This document shows, one piece after another, positions 30,325 through 39,039 of a DNA stretch of 64,000 nucleotides. Under the pieces are notes generated by a model. It searched no databases, had not been told where the DNA came from, and saw nothing but the letters and a program-made list of their open reading frames with translations. Both the position numbers and the translations under genes were made by a program. Numbering within the stretch: position 1 is the stretch's first letter; each line of letters opens with the position of its first letter. This stretch comes from Candidatus Heimdallarchaeota archaeon (lineage in GTDB: Archaea; Asgardarchaeota; Heimdallarchaeia; Heimdallarchaeales; Heimdallarchaeaceae): positions 288,001 to 352,000 of the forward strand of contig JAUVXV010000003.1 of the NCBI GenBank assembly GCA_030603365.1, in the 5' to 3' direction.

Positions 30325-31760
30325 GAAAAATGGATAGTAAAGAGAAAGTACAAAATGAAGATTTGCAAAAAATTAAGAACTATCTTCAAAATTCAAAGAA
30401 GAATATTGAAAGAATGAAAATAGGCAAAAAACCACGCCGAAAGTTCAAATTCATAATTAAAGAAAACAAATTTCTCTTTACTCTTGTTCTAATTATCATC
30501 GTAACCACACCTTTACTCACAATTATTTTAAACAGAAATCCTCTCGCAACTAGTCCTTACAAAGATGCTATAACAAATACAATGGAAACTTTTGAATCAA
30601 ACTTCACTGCAGTTAGTGGACTTCCAGTACATGAAGTAATTTCAGAAAACACTAGTTCAGAACTAATTATTTTGTCAACCTTAGCAAACTCAATACTTAT
30701 TGAAAGTGGGCTTTTCTCCAAAAAAGACAATTTAATGAAGCGAATTTCTTTTATTTTTGAAATTATTGTTGATGATTCTTTCAGAGATTACAATAATAAA
30801 ACACAGAAATTACCTGTTTTCAACCAATTTCTTGGGATCTATGCACTCTATCAAGCATTTTATGTATTAGAAGATACTGCATTTGCATTTAGTTTTACTA
30901 ATATTAGCCGAATCGTTAATACTATGATTACTGACTTTTTGTACTACTCTACATGGCCTAATCTCTTTGCTGTTTCTGAAGATACTAGTACTTCATATTT
31001 AGTTGACCAAGCTCTTGCACTATCTGTTCTTACTACTCATATGTTCTTGACTGGAGAGCAGAAGGTTTTTGGTTGGGATCTCAAAGAAATAACAGGAGGT
31101 ATGTTAAGTCGCATTGAAAATCGTTTCTATATCTCTGCATCTCAATCCTTCTTTCATAAATATGATACAGTAACTCATGTAAGTTCAGGAATATCGACTT
31201 CAGCTGATTTAATGTTTACTTCATTAGGATTATCAAGAACAGAGAAATTTTCTTCAGGTTACGCTTTTCCCCTAAGTAGCTATAATTTACATCAAAAAGT
31301 AATCAATGAATTAATAGATTCAAATTGGTTAGTTCATGAAGTTGATAAAATTGATGATTCTATTCAAATTAAGGATCAAGCATTTTTTACAATGGTTTCT
31401 TATCTTTTGAACTTACAAAATGTCGGATTAGAGATTGAAAATTCAACATCTACTTTTCTGTATTCAGAAGATGGCTTTGTTAATAGCTTACAAAACCCGA
31501 TTGTAACGGCAGAATCGTGTATGTATGGTTTAATTACTATGTCTTCGAAGAACTGGGCAAAAATTCAAAATGAAAGAGAATATGCACCTGAACCCAGACC
31601 AACTCCTACAGGAACAGGAACAGAAACAGAATCCCCAGTACCTTCAGCAAGTTTTAGTTTTGTTGGAGTAATCTCTGCAATTGTTGTGATTGTAGCTCTT
31701 TCAAGGATGTCTATGAAATATAAGACGAGAAAGAAATTTGGTGACCAGGCCGAGATTTGA
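30321..31760 (+). CDS. Membrane protein with N- and C-terminal TM helices and a large extracytoplasmic, possibly alpha/alpha-toroid, domain
   Basis: Basic N-tail, TM, helical domain with repeated DQA motifs (YLVDQA, IKDQA), Pro/Thr linker, C-terminal TM; ATGA overlap with the ATPase gene. Confidence 0.65.
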   Translation: MRKMDSKEKVQNEDLQKIKNYLQNSKKNIERMKIGKKPRRKFKFIIKENKFLFTLVLIIIVTTPLLTIILNRNPLATSPYKDAITNTMETFESNFTAVSGLPVHEVISENTSSELIILSTLANSILIESGLFSKKDNLMKRISFIFEIIVDDSFRDYNNKTQKLPVFNQFLGIYALYQAFYVLEDTAFAFSFTNISRIVNTMITDFLYYSTWPNLFAVSEDTSTSYLVDQALALSVLTTHMFLTGEQKVFGWDLKEITGGMLSRIENRFYISASQSFFHKYDTVTHVSSGISTSADLMFTSLGLSRTEKFSSGYAFPLSSYNLHQKVINELIDSNWLVHEVDKIDDSIQIKDQAFFTMVSYLLNLQNVGLEIENSTSTFLYSEDGFVNSLQNPIVTAESCMYGLITMSSKNWAKIQNEREYAPEPRPTPTGTGTETESPVPSASFSFVGVISAIVVIVALSRMSMKYKTRKKFGDQAEI

Positions 31761-31845
31761 ACTCGGGATCACATGCATGATAGCTTGGAGGACGCATCCT
31801 TGCAAGTCCCCAAGCATGTATCATACCAAGCTTGACTACCTGGTC
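31739..31845 (-). tRNA. tRNA-Pro(GGG) with 30-nt intron at canonical 37/38 (intron 31778-31807) and encoded CCA
   Basis: Reverse complement folds as acceptor GACCAGG/CCTGGTC plus ACCA, anticodon stem CATGC/GCATG, loop TT-GGG-G^T and T-arm CCGAG-TTCAAAT-CTCGG; the intron forms a BHB motif. Confidence 0.92.
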
Positions 31846-31929
31846 TTTGTTTAGTTCTCTTCAAATGAAATGGATTTTAAGCTTTTCTATGTGCAAATCT
31901 TTAACTAATCTTGAAAATTAGAAAGATAA

Positions 31930-32457
31930 TTATTGATTCATTAAGATTAATTCAGCAACCTGTTTCAGTAATTCTAAATGTTCTTCTGTCCATTTTTTTT
32001 CCTTTTTTACAGTTTCAAATCCAATGAACCCAATAGGATTATCTTCTCTAGATATTGGTATTGCTAAGATGCTTTTTACACCTTGAAATTCCATTAATTC
32101 TTTCATTGGTTTAGCTTCATCTGTAAGCTCATTTATGCTATTTATACAAGCTACCTCAAGCTTATCATAAACTACATTTTTATAGAAAGGGAAAAGATCT
32201 ATGGGGATGTTTTGTTGATCCTGCTTAACAGAATGAATACCCTTTTTGCAAAATTCATGAGTATTGTTGGTAATAATAAAACCATTTTTATCTTTTGAGA
32301 AAAAATAGACATAACCCCTATCTGAATTAGAATATTTGCCTATAATTTCTATCCATTTGATTATTTTCTTATCAAGATCAATCTCTTCTAAATAGATATC
32401 TTTTAAGCTGTTGACTACCTTTACCAACTTCTTGTTTTTCAAAGTTTCAGAAGACAT
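31930..32457 (-). CDS. Stand-alone GAF domain protein
   Basis: DRGYVYFF, NNTHEFC, QGVKSILAIPI, IGFIGFE...WTEEHLELLKQVAE. Confidence 0.88.
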   Translation of the reverse strand: MSSETLKNKKLVKVVNSLKDIYLEEIDLDKKIIKWIEIIGKYSNSDRGYVYFFSKDKNGFIITNNTHEFCKKGIHSVKQDQQNIPIDLFPFYKNVVYDKLEVACINSINELTDEAKPMKELMEFQGVKSILAIPISREDNPIGFIGFETVKKEKKWTEEHLELLKQVAELILMNQ

Positions 32458-32557
32458 AAGGCAAATTGATTATAGTTACCATACAATTTAAAAATTTTGG
32501 AAAACAAGAGAAAAATAGTAATTTTACAGTTAAAATTATAAATTAAAGACAAATATT

Positions 32558-33310
32558 ATGCATATGAACTCAGATTCTAGTTTGCTTCATGAATTGTCAT
32601 GGACAGATATTGAAAGATTAGACAAGAAAACCACAGTATTTCTATTCCCTGTAGGAAGTACTGAACAACATGGACCTCAAAATCCTTTAGGAACAGATTT
32701 CTTGATCGCTGAACATGTCGCAAGGAAATCTGCAGAATTAGTAGAGAATGCTTATTGTTTACCAACACTTCCTGTAGGAGTCGCTCCACATCATAGAAAC
32801 TTTCCTGGTACTCTTTGGACATCTCGTTCTACATTTGAAACATTAGTTAAAGATGTGATACATTCAATACATTACCATGGTTTTGAGAAAGTTATAGTTG
32901 TTAACGGTCATGGTGGGAATTCTTCTTCAGTACTTAATGCAATTACTGATTATAATGATATTCATGATATGGTTTGTTCAATGTTTGAATGGTGGAGAGA
33001 TTCTGAGATAATATCTTCAGTGTTCAACGTTCCTTCAGCAATTCATGCAGATGTTGTGGAAACATCAACAGTTTGGGCAATACGTCCTGATTTAGCAAAA
33101 GAAGAAAGATTAGCAGGTCTAACTTCAGCTGATGTGTGGGGTAGATTAATTGGTTCTCTTTATATCCCTTCAAGAGCAGATCAGATTACAGAAACAGGTA
33201 TTGCTGGAACTTTAGAAGGAATATCCATTGACAAAGGTAATCAAGCTCTCGAAAAAATTATTAAAAAACTCGTTAAAGCGATTGAAGACCTTTCAAGCTA
33301 TAGTAAATAA
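32558..33310 (+). CDS. Creatininase / formamide hydrolase family protein
   Basis: PVGSTEQHGP...GTD, HHRNFPGTL, VNGHGGN, HADVVETS. Confidence 0.92.
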   Translation: MHMNSDSSLLHELSWTDIERLDKKTTVFLFPVGSTEQHGPQNPLGTDFLIAEHVARKSAELVENAYCLPTLPVGVAPHHRNFPGTLWTSRSTFETLVKDVIHSIHYHGFEKVIVVNGHGGNSSSVLNAITDYNDIHDMVCSMFEWWRDSEIISSVFNVPSAIHADVVETSTVWAIRPDLAKEERLAGLTSADVWGRLIGSLYIPSRADQITETGIAGTLEGISIDKGNQALEKIIKKLVKAIEDLSSYSK

Positions 33311-33356
33311 CATCATAGAACAGATGTAGAGAGAAACCCACTTGAAAGATGATGTG

Positions 33357-33589
33357 GAGACAATACAGAGAAAATATTGTGATGAGTTATTTTCTCTTTG
33401 TTGTTTCAACAAAGTTGTTGAGTGACTTTTACTAGATAATTTGCTCGATTGTAGAGGTTTTTAATTTAATGACAAAGCTTACTTAAGGTTGAATTGTAGT
33501 CAACTTTTATGCATTCAACACATAGAACTGTTGTCATCTCTTATTAACCGTAAATGATTCTAAAACTCCCTGTACTGTCCTTTTTAGAA
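33357..33589 (-). mobile_element. tnpB: Decayed IS200/IS605-family element: 5' tnpB remnant flanked by hairpins
   Basis: Minus strand from ATG 33537 reads MTTVLCVECIKVDYNSTLSKLCH*IKNLYNRANYLVK, matching the TnpB N-terminal LCHxxKNLYNxANY motif with an internal TAA (33466-33468). Hairpins at 33357-33407 and 33558-33589. Confidence 0.65.
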
Positions 33590-33673
33590 GTTTCCTCAAT
33601 CCGCTTTTTGAACCTTGATGACATGGGGACAAAAGATTTTATAAACACTTATGGGATTTACAAGTTGTTCATC

Positions 33674-35377
33674 ATGAAAACTTCAGATTCGGCAAGAGAA
33701 ACTTTAATCAGTCAGAGGAAAAGATTTGATGCTTTGGGAGCTGCCCTTAGGCGGGCTTCAAGCATGAGTTCATGGTTTAAAGTTATGTTCGCAACTACGC
33801 TCATATTTGGATTACCAACTCTTATATTGTTATCTAATCCTCTTAAAGATGGTACAACTTTTGGGATTCAGCTACTCATTTATGGTTTTCGGATATTTAT
33901 GATTGCACTTGCTTTTTATCTACTAGCAAGAATAACACCCCAGTTATATGCCGCTAAAAACGACCTAAACATTAAGTTAGAAGAAGTTGGATATCAAGAA
34001 GCTGGTACCAACTCAGTAGCAGAAAAGAACTTGGTTGTTCGTAACATATTCTTCAGCATTCTTAAGATTCTTGTATTTATTTCCTCAGGTTTTGGATTGT
34101 TTCTAGTAAGTTCTAGAATAAATTATGGATATATAATAGGACTCCAAATTATCTATTTATCAGTTCTATTTATTTTAATAGTAACAATGAAATTCTGGAT
34201 ATCAAGAAAACCTGATTACTCTCCAAGAATGGGTGGTAGGTTACTAGTACTTGCTTTCATTCCTGGATCGTTTTTCTGGGGTTTTGAAGTAATAATAGGT
34301 TTCTTCAGTACAATTAGCAATCCAACATTTAGATATAATTATATACAAACATCATTTGGTTTTGTCTATCCTTTCGTGTTTCTTTTCTTATTGATAGCTA
34401 TATTTATAACTACAAAGAAAACAAAAAGAGAGAAGACTGCACTTCAGAAGGCTAGAGAAGCAGAATTCACTAGAAAATCTGGCTTTATTGATGAAAAAAG
34501 TGTTTTTTCAAGAATAAAATATAGATACCAAATTTGGTGGAATAAAGTAACCCAAACTCTTTCTATAAAGATAAAGAAGGATGATATAGATTCCAAGCCA
34601 AGTTTACTTCTAGTAAATAGCATCTGGATAACTTTAATTGTATCAGTACTTGGCTTTGCTTTCTTTGTTCCATGGAATATATTTCCACATGATGCAACTT
34701 TCTTTGCCGCAGTTCTTATAATCTCTTATCAATATTCAATGATAAAATATGAAAGAGAAGAGATTGATGTACTTTCTGATCCTAAAAAGAACGAAGATAT
34801 AACACCACCTTCAATTAGAACTAAAGAATTGCCTTCCATAACCCTAAGATTGATTCTTCTACCTACAATTATATTCGTTATAGCTCAATACGTCATGAAT
34901 GGTATACTTACAGATGGGATTCTTAGCGCTGACAACCGAATGCTCATTCTAACATTTACTTGGATTGCTGCGTTAATAGTCGTTCCAATTGCAATTCAAT
35001 TGGTATATCTTATTTCAAGAGATTTGAAGAGCGAACGTGAATTTAAGAATTTTAAAATGTACTTCACAAGTCTTATTTACATATTAATTTTCCAACTAGT
35101 TCTCTTCACAGCATCAGTTGTTTCACTTTTCGTAGCTTTACAATTTGATTTTCAATTAATTGATCCAATGGCATTAGTTCTTCAAGCTATATTCGTTGTA
35201 ACTATTGTTGTTCTTCCCATAGTATATCTGTTGATTGCTATGAAAGTTGATGATGCAGGATATAAAATTCTACGAATTTGTACATGGGTTTTAGTTGGAA
35301 TAATTGGTGTGGTAATTATTGAAGAATTCTTGCACTTTGTTTTACATGGGTATTTTAAAGTTCCATGGCCCTGGTAA
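33674..35377 (+). CDS. Polytopic membrane protein, unknown function
   Basis: About 13 hydrophobic segments; ATG at 33674 preferred, with a TATA-like TTTATAAA at 33638-33645. Confidence 0.75.
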   Translation: MKTSDSARETLISQRKRFDALGAALRRASSMSSWFKVMFATTLIFGLPTLILLSNPLKDGTTFGIQLLIYGFRIFMIALAFYLLARITPQLYAAKNDLNIKLEEVGYQEAGTNSVAEKNLVVRNIFFSILKILVFISSGFGLFLVSSRINYGYIIGLQIIYLSVLFILIVTMKFWISRKPDYSPRMGGRLLVLAFIPGSFFWGFEVIIGFFSTISNPTFRYNYIQTSFGFVYPFVFLFLLIAIFITTKKTKREKTALQKAREAEFTRKSGFIDEKSVFSRIKYRYQIWWNKVTQTLSIKIKKDDIDSKPSLLLVNSIWITLIVSVLGFAFFVPWNIFPHDATFFAAVLIISYQYSMIKYEREEIDVLSDPKKNEDITPPSIRTKELPSITLRLILLPTIIFVIAQYVMNGILTDGILSADNRMLILTFTWIAALIVVPIAIQLVYLISRDLKSEREFKNFKMYFTSLIYILIFQLVLFTASVVSLFVALQFDFQLIDPMALVLQAIFVVTIVVLPIVYLLIAMKVDDAGYKILRICTWVLVGIIGVVIIEEFLHFVLHGYFKVPWPW

Positions 35378-35399
35378 GTTTTTACCATTTCTTTTCTTT

Positions 35400-36374
35400 T
35401 TATTTTGTTAAATCAACAAAATTACTTTGTCTTTTCTCAGGATTTTTCATATGTGAATTTGCATAGAAATGAAATATTCCATCTTTGTTTGTAAAAGCTC
35501 TACAAAAGCCCCTATTATCCATTGAAAGAATGTGTAAAACTCCTTTTTCATTAATCTTCTTTAGATCTGAAATACCCATTTTAGTAGATTCTTCAAGAGA
35601 CAAATTTCTCTCATATCTATCAACAACTAATCTTGCCGTTGATAGTCTTATTGCTAATTCTCCTGTACCAGTACAGGCTGCACCAGCTACTTCTGAACAG
35701 TAAATACCTGCTCCAAAAATTGGTGAATCACCAACTCTGCCAGGAAATTTCATGGCTAATCCTGAAGTTGAAACCCCTACTGCTAGATTTCCTTCTCTGT
35801 CTAAAGCAATTACATTAGTAGTCCCATGTTTATCAAAACTCAGTTTCCTATACCATTCTCGAACAGAGTATTTTTCCATGACATCCTTTAGATGATCGTC
35901 AAATTTCATGAAAAGCTCTCTCACTAAAGTTTGTGCCTCTTGAGGCATCTCTAAGCTTTTACCTTCCATGACCTTATAATAATTTCGCATACCAAGCTCA
36001 TCAATTATTTCCTCTTCAACAAACCCCAAGGCTCTAGCGAATTTTTCTGCTCCTTCACCAACAAGCATAACATGAGGAGAAAGTTCCATAACTTTTCGAG
36101 CAATACTGATGGGATGTCGAAAGTTTCTAACAGCTGCAATTGAGCCAGCTTGTCTCGTTTTACCGTCCATAATAGAAGCATCAAGCTCAACTATACCTTG
36201 AAGATTAGGAAACCCATTGAATCCGACAGTTATGTCATATGGATTATTTTCAATAAGCTTAATACTTTCTTCAACAGCATCGAGAGCACTACCACCTTCA
36301 CTAAGAATCTTTGAGCCAGTAGGTAATCCAACATTGGCATTACGTGTTCCACAGATTGCATAATCCAAAGTCAT
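35400..36374 (-). CDS. Isoaspartyl peptidase / L-asparaginase type 2 (Ntn hydrolase, glycosylasparaginase-like)
   Basis: SALDAVE, VELDASIMDG, PISIARKVME, HGTT (nucleophile Thr), STSG, PGRVGDSPIFGAG, CTGTGE. Confidence 0.92.
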   Translation of the reverse strand: MTLDYAICGTRNANVGLPTGSKILSEGGSALDAVEESIKLIENNPYDITVGFNGFPNLQGIVELDASIMDGKTRQAGSIAAVRNFRHPISIARKVMELSPHVMLVGEGAEKFARALGFVEEEIIDELGMRNYYKVMEGKSLEMPQEAQTLVRELFMKFDDHLKDVMEKYSVREWYRKLSFDKHGTTNVIALDREGNLAVGVSTSGLAMKFPGRVGDSPIFGAGIYCSEVAGAACTGTGELAIRLSTARLVVDRYERNLSLEESTKMGISDLKKINEKGVLHILSMDNRGFCRAFTNKDGIFHFYANSHMKNPEKRQSNFVDLTK

Positions 36375-36461
36375 TAGGTAAGAAGAGAACAAGAGTATAA
36401 AAAATATGCTCCCGGAAGATATTAGAAAAATAGCTTTAAGAATACATCTGATAAAACTATC

Positions 36462-37244
36462 ATGATGTCAGAATTGATGGTGGAATCTAATCAGCTAACA
36501 AAATATTTCAATTCACTATTGGCTGTAGACAAAATAAACTTAGAGATACCAAAAGGTAAAATTTATGCGCTGTTAGGACCTAATGGGGCTGGTAAAACAA
36601 CTACAATTCGAATGTTGTTGGGTCTTCTAAAACCTTCATCGGGAAGTGTGATGGTAAATGGAAAAAGTGTTTCTGATGATCCTAAATCAATCAGAGGAGA
36701 AATAGGTATTCTTCCTCAGTTTTCAGCAGCTTATTATGATCTGACTCCTATGCAGAATATTCATTTCATTCTCGAATTGAATAATATATCTTATGACGAC
36801 GTGAGTGCTTCTTTAGCAGAATATTTTCGAACTCTAGATATTTCCTATGAATTACTTAACAAACCATTTTCCAAATTATCTGGAGGTGAGCAAAGATCTA
36901 TTAGTTTTATAATGGCAGCTATTACAAATAAAGAATTTCTGATACTTGATGAACCTACCTCAGGATTAGATATTGCTCGAGCTAAATACATTCGTTCTAT
37001 CATTAAGTACCTTGTTGAACAACAAGGAAAAACTATCCTGTTGTCATCACACATTGTATCTGATTTAGAAGAGTTAGCTGATTATTGTGGAATCTTAAAA
37101 AAAGGAAAGCTGATTTTTCAAGGTAGAAAAGAGGAAATTATTGAGCTTTATGCTCCAGATACACAAGATTTTGAAGATGCTATTGTAAATGCATTTGGAG
37201 TCAAAACTACTAATTCTCAGACTTTTATGGGGGGAAACAAATGA
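36462..37244 (+). CDS. ABC transporter ATP-binding protein
   Basis: GPNGAGKTT, LSGGE, LILDEPTSGLD, SSH. Confidence 0.95.
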   Translation: MMSELMVESNQLTKYFNSLLAVDKINLEIPKGKIYALLGPNGAGKTTTIRMLLGLLKPSSGSVMVNGKSVSDDPKSIRGEIGILPQFSAAYYDLTPMQNIHFILELNNISYDDVSASLAEYFRTLDISYELLNKPFSKLSGGEQRSISFIMAAITNKEFLILDEPTSGLDIARAKYIRSIIKYLVEQQGKTILLSSHIVSDLEELADYCGILKKGKLIFQGRKEEIIELYAPDTQDFEDAIVNAFGVKTTNSQTFMGGNK

Positions 37245-38446
37245 GTAAAGAAGAGAAAAGACCCAAACAACTAAAAGCACTATTGAAAAAAGATTTGAAA
37301 CTTCTTTTACGTAAGAGAGTAGCTATTTTTGTTTTTGGTGGTCCATTCATTCTTATGTTTCTTCTAATTGGTCTTCCTTCACTCTTCAGTTCTCAACAAA
37401 CTATGGTTTTGTTAATTTATAGTGATGATAGCGATTACAATGGTATAAACATCGGTGCATCAGTTTTAGATAATATCACATATTATTTCTCGTTTGATCC
37501 AAGCATAGAAGTAGTCCAAAATGTTACTAGTTTTTCAGAGGTTAAAGCGACAGATAATTTTGGCGTATACCTGCCGTCTAACTTCTCATTACTAACGTTT
37601 ACTGGATCTCCAATCTACTTTACTGTAGATGCTACTCAATCATTGTTTTCTGAGAGTATATTTAATACAATTCATGCAATTACTCAAAATGTAATTGCTA
37701 CAGTTTTAGCAAATAGGACCCTTCCAGTTATTCAAACAATTGAAGAACCTCCAACTTCATTACCTGAAGAACAATTATTGGGACCTAAAGCAGCAGCGGT
37801 TGCCATGCCTTTAAGCTATATGATATTTCTTCTAATAGCTTTAAATTCAGGTTCTTATTCAAATATAGGTTTTGCTAGAGAAAAAAGAATGCGAACTATG
37901 GAGATTTTATTATCTTACACCAAGAAGCACAGTCATTTAGTTATTTCAAAAACAATTACTTCTTTAGTAGCTTCTCTCGGTTCAACTCTATCCTATATTC
38001 TCGGAATAATCGCAGCCACTAGCCTAACAGGAGCAGGAACAGAAGGTATTTTCGAAATCTTTGGTTTGAATATGCAACTTCTCAATGCTGGAGATATAAT
38101 TATTATTTTTATCTTTGCAGTTACTGCACTATTGATATCTACTCTGATAACGATGGCAATAGATTGCAATATAACACGAGAAGCATCTGAGAGGTTAAGT
38201 CCATTACTATCTATTGGCCTTGCAATGTTTTTCTACTTTGTAGCTTTATCTAATCCATTGAGTGCATCTACAACCCTCGTGATAAACCCCTTCTACTGGT
38301 GTTACAGGCTAGCATTGTTATTGATATCTGGAAAGTTCAGTATTGAGATAATTATTTATCTTAGTCTTATCATTGGTTTAGGAGGACTACTGATTTTCTT
38401 TGCTACTCGAGGAATTCAAAAAGAGAAAAGTTTGTATCTAGAATAA
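37241..38446 (+). CDS. ABC-2 type transporter permease (NatB-like)
   Basis: N-terminal TM, extracytoplasmic loop, REKRMRTMEILLS motif, multiple C-terminal TM; ATGA overlap. Confidence 0.85.
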   Translation: MSKEEKRPKQLKALLKKDLKLLLRKRVAIFVFGGPFILMFLLIGLPSLFSSQQTMVLLIYSDDSDYNGINIGASVLDNITYYFSFDPSIEVVQNVTSFSEVKATDNFGVYLPSNFSLLTFTGSPIYFTVDATQSLFSESIFNTIHAITQNVIATVLANRTLPVIQTIEEPPTSLPEEQLLGPKAAAVAMPLSYMIFLLIALNSGSYSNIGFAREKRMRTMEILLSYTKKHSHLVISKTITSLVASLGSTLSYILGIIAATSLTGAGTEGIFEIFGLNMQLLNAGDIIIIFIFAVTALLISTLITMAIDCNITREASERLSPLLSIGLAMFFYFVALSNPLSASTTLVINPFYWCYRLALLLISGKFSIEIIIYLSLIIGLGGLLIFFATRGIQKEKSLYLE

Positions 38447-38496
38447 ACTTTTCTTCCTTTTTTTACTATGAAAGTAATTGTGGAACCCCTTAATAT

Positions 38497-38989
38497 TTAG
38501 CTTTTAACTATTGCAGTTTCTATTCCTTTCCAGATGAAAAATATGATTACATCTACTGTAAAAGCAAAAATAAAACCTAAAAATGAAAACAAAATAATCC
38601 ATAAATTTTACTTTTTTAGCACCTTCAATTCTTCTATTGATTTTATTGTATTTTGAGGAACTTTAGATTTTTTCTTGAATCTCATACCATTTACTACAGT
38701 TGCTACAGCAGTTAATACATTAATTATCATGATGAATATATCAACAGGTCTTATTGGACCAATAATTGATGTACATAGTCCATAAATTGCAGAAGCTGCA
38801 AAAAAAGGAGTTCCTACTAAATAAGGAATTTTATTTTTATTACTAAATTTCTTCCAGTAGGAAATTACGTCATTTTGACATCGGGGACACTTGTAATCTC
38901 TTTGTAACGACTTCTCATTTACAAAATTTAAGAAATAAACGTTTTTTTTCACATTTAGGACAAAAATGAGTTCTTTGGAGAAATTTCAT
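38497..38989 (-). pseudogene. Disrupted zinc-ribbon membrane protein (frameshift in A8 tract plus premature TAA)
   Basis: ATG 38989 gives MKFLQRTHFCPKCEK; removing one A from the A8 run (38942-38949) joins NVYFLNF...YKCPRC. After TAA (38608-38610) the same frame continues as a TM helix to TAA at 38497. Confidence 0.65.
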
Positions 38990-39039
38990 TGAACCAATTT
39001 TAATAAGATTATTTTAACTGTTTCTACTATTGAAAGATG

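Noticed and set aside
25647-31760. Integrated element at tRNA-Pro
   Set aside because: No integrase and no duplicated tRNA 3' end were noticed in the window; mentioned only as a possibility.
33311-33640. RNase P RNA, SRP RNA, riboswitch or oriC in the long structured gap
   Set aside because: A minus-strand GAGGAAAC and a single CCACTTGAAA are present, but the other conserved elements are missing and the region is AT-rich. The tnpB remnant explains it better.
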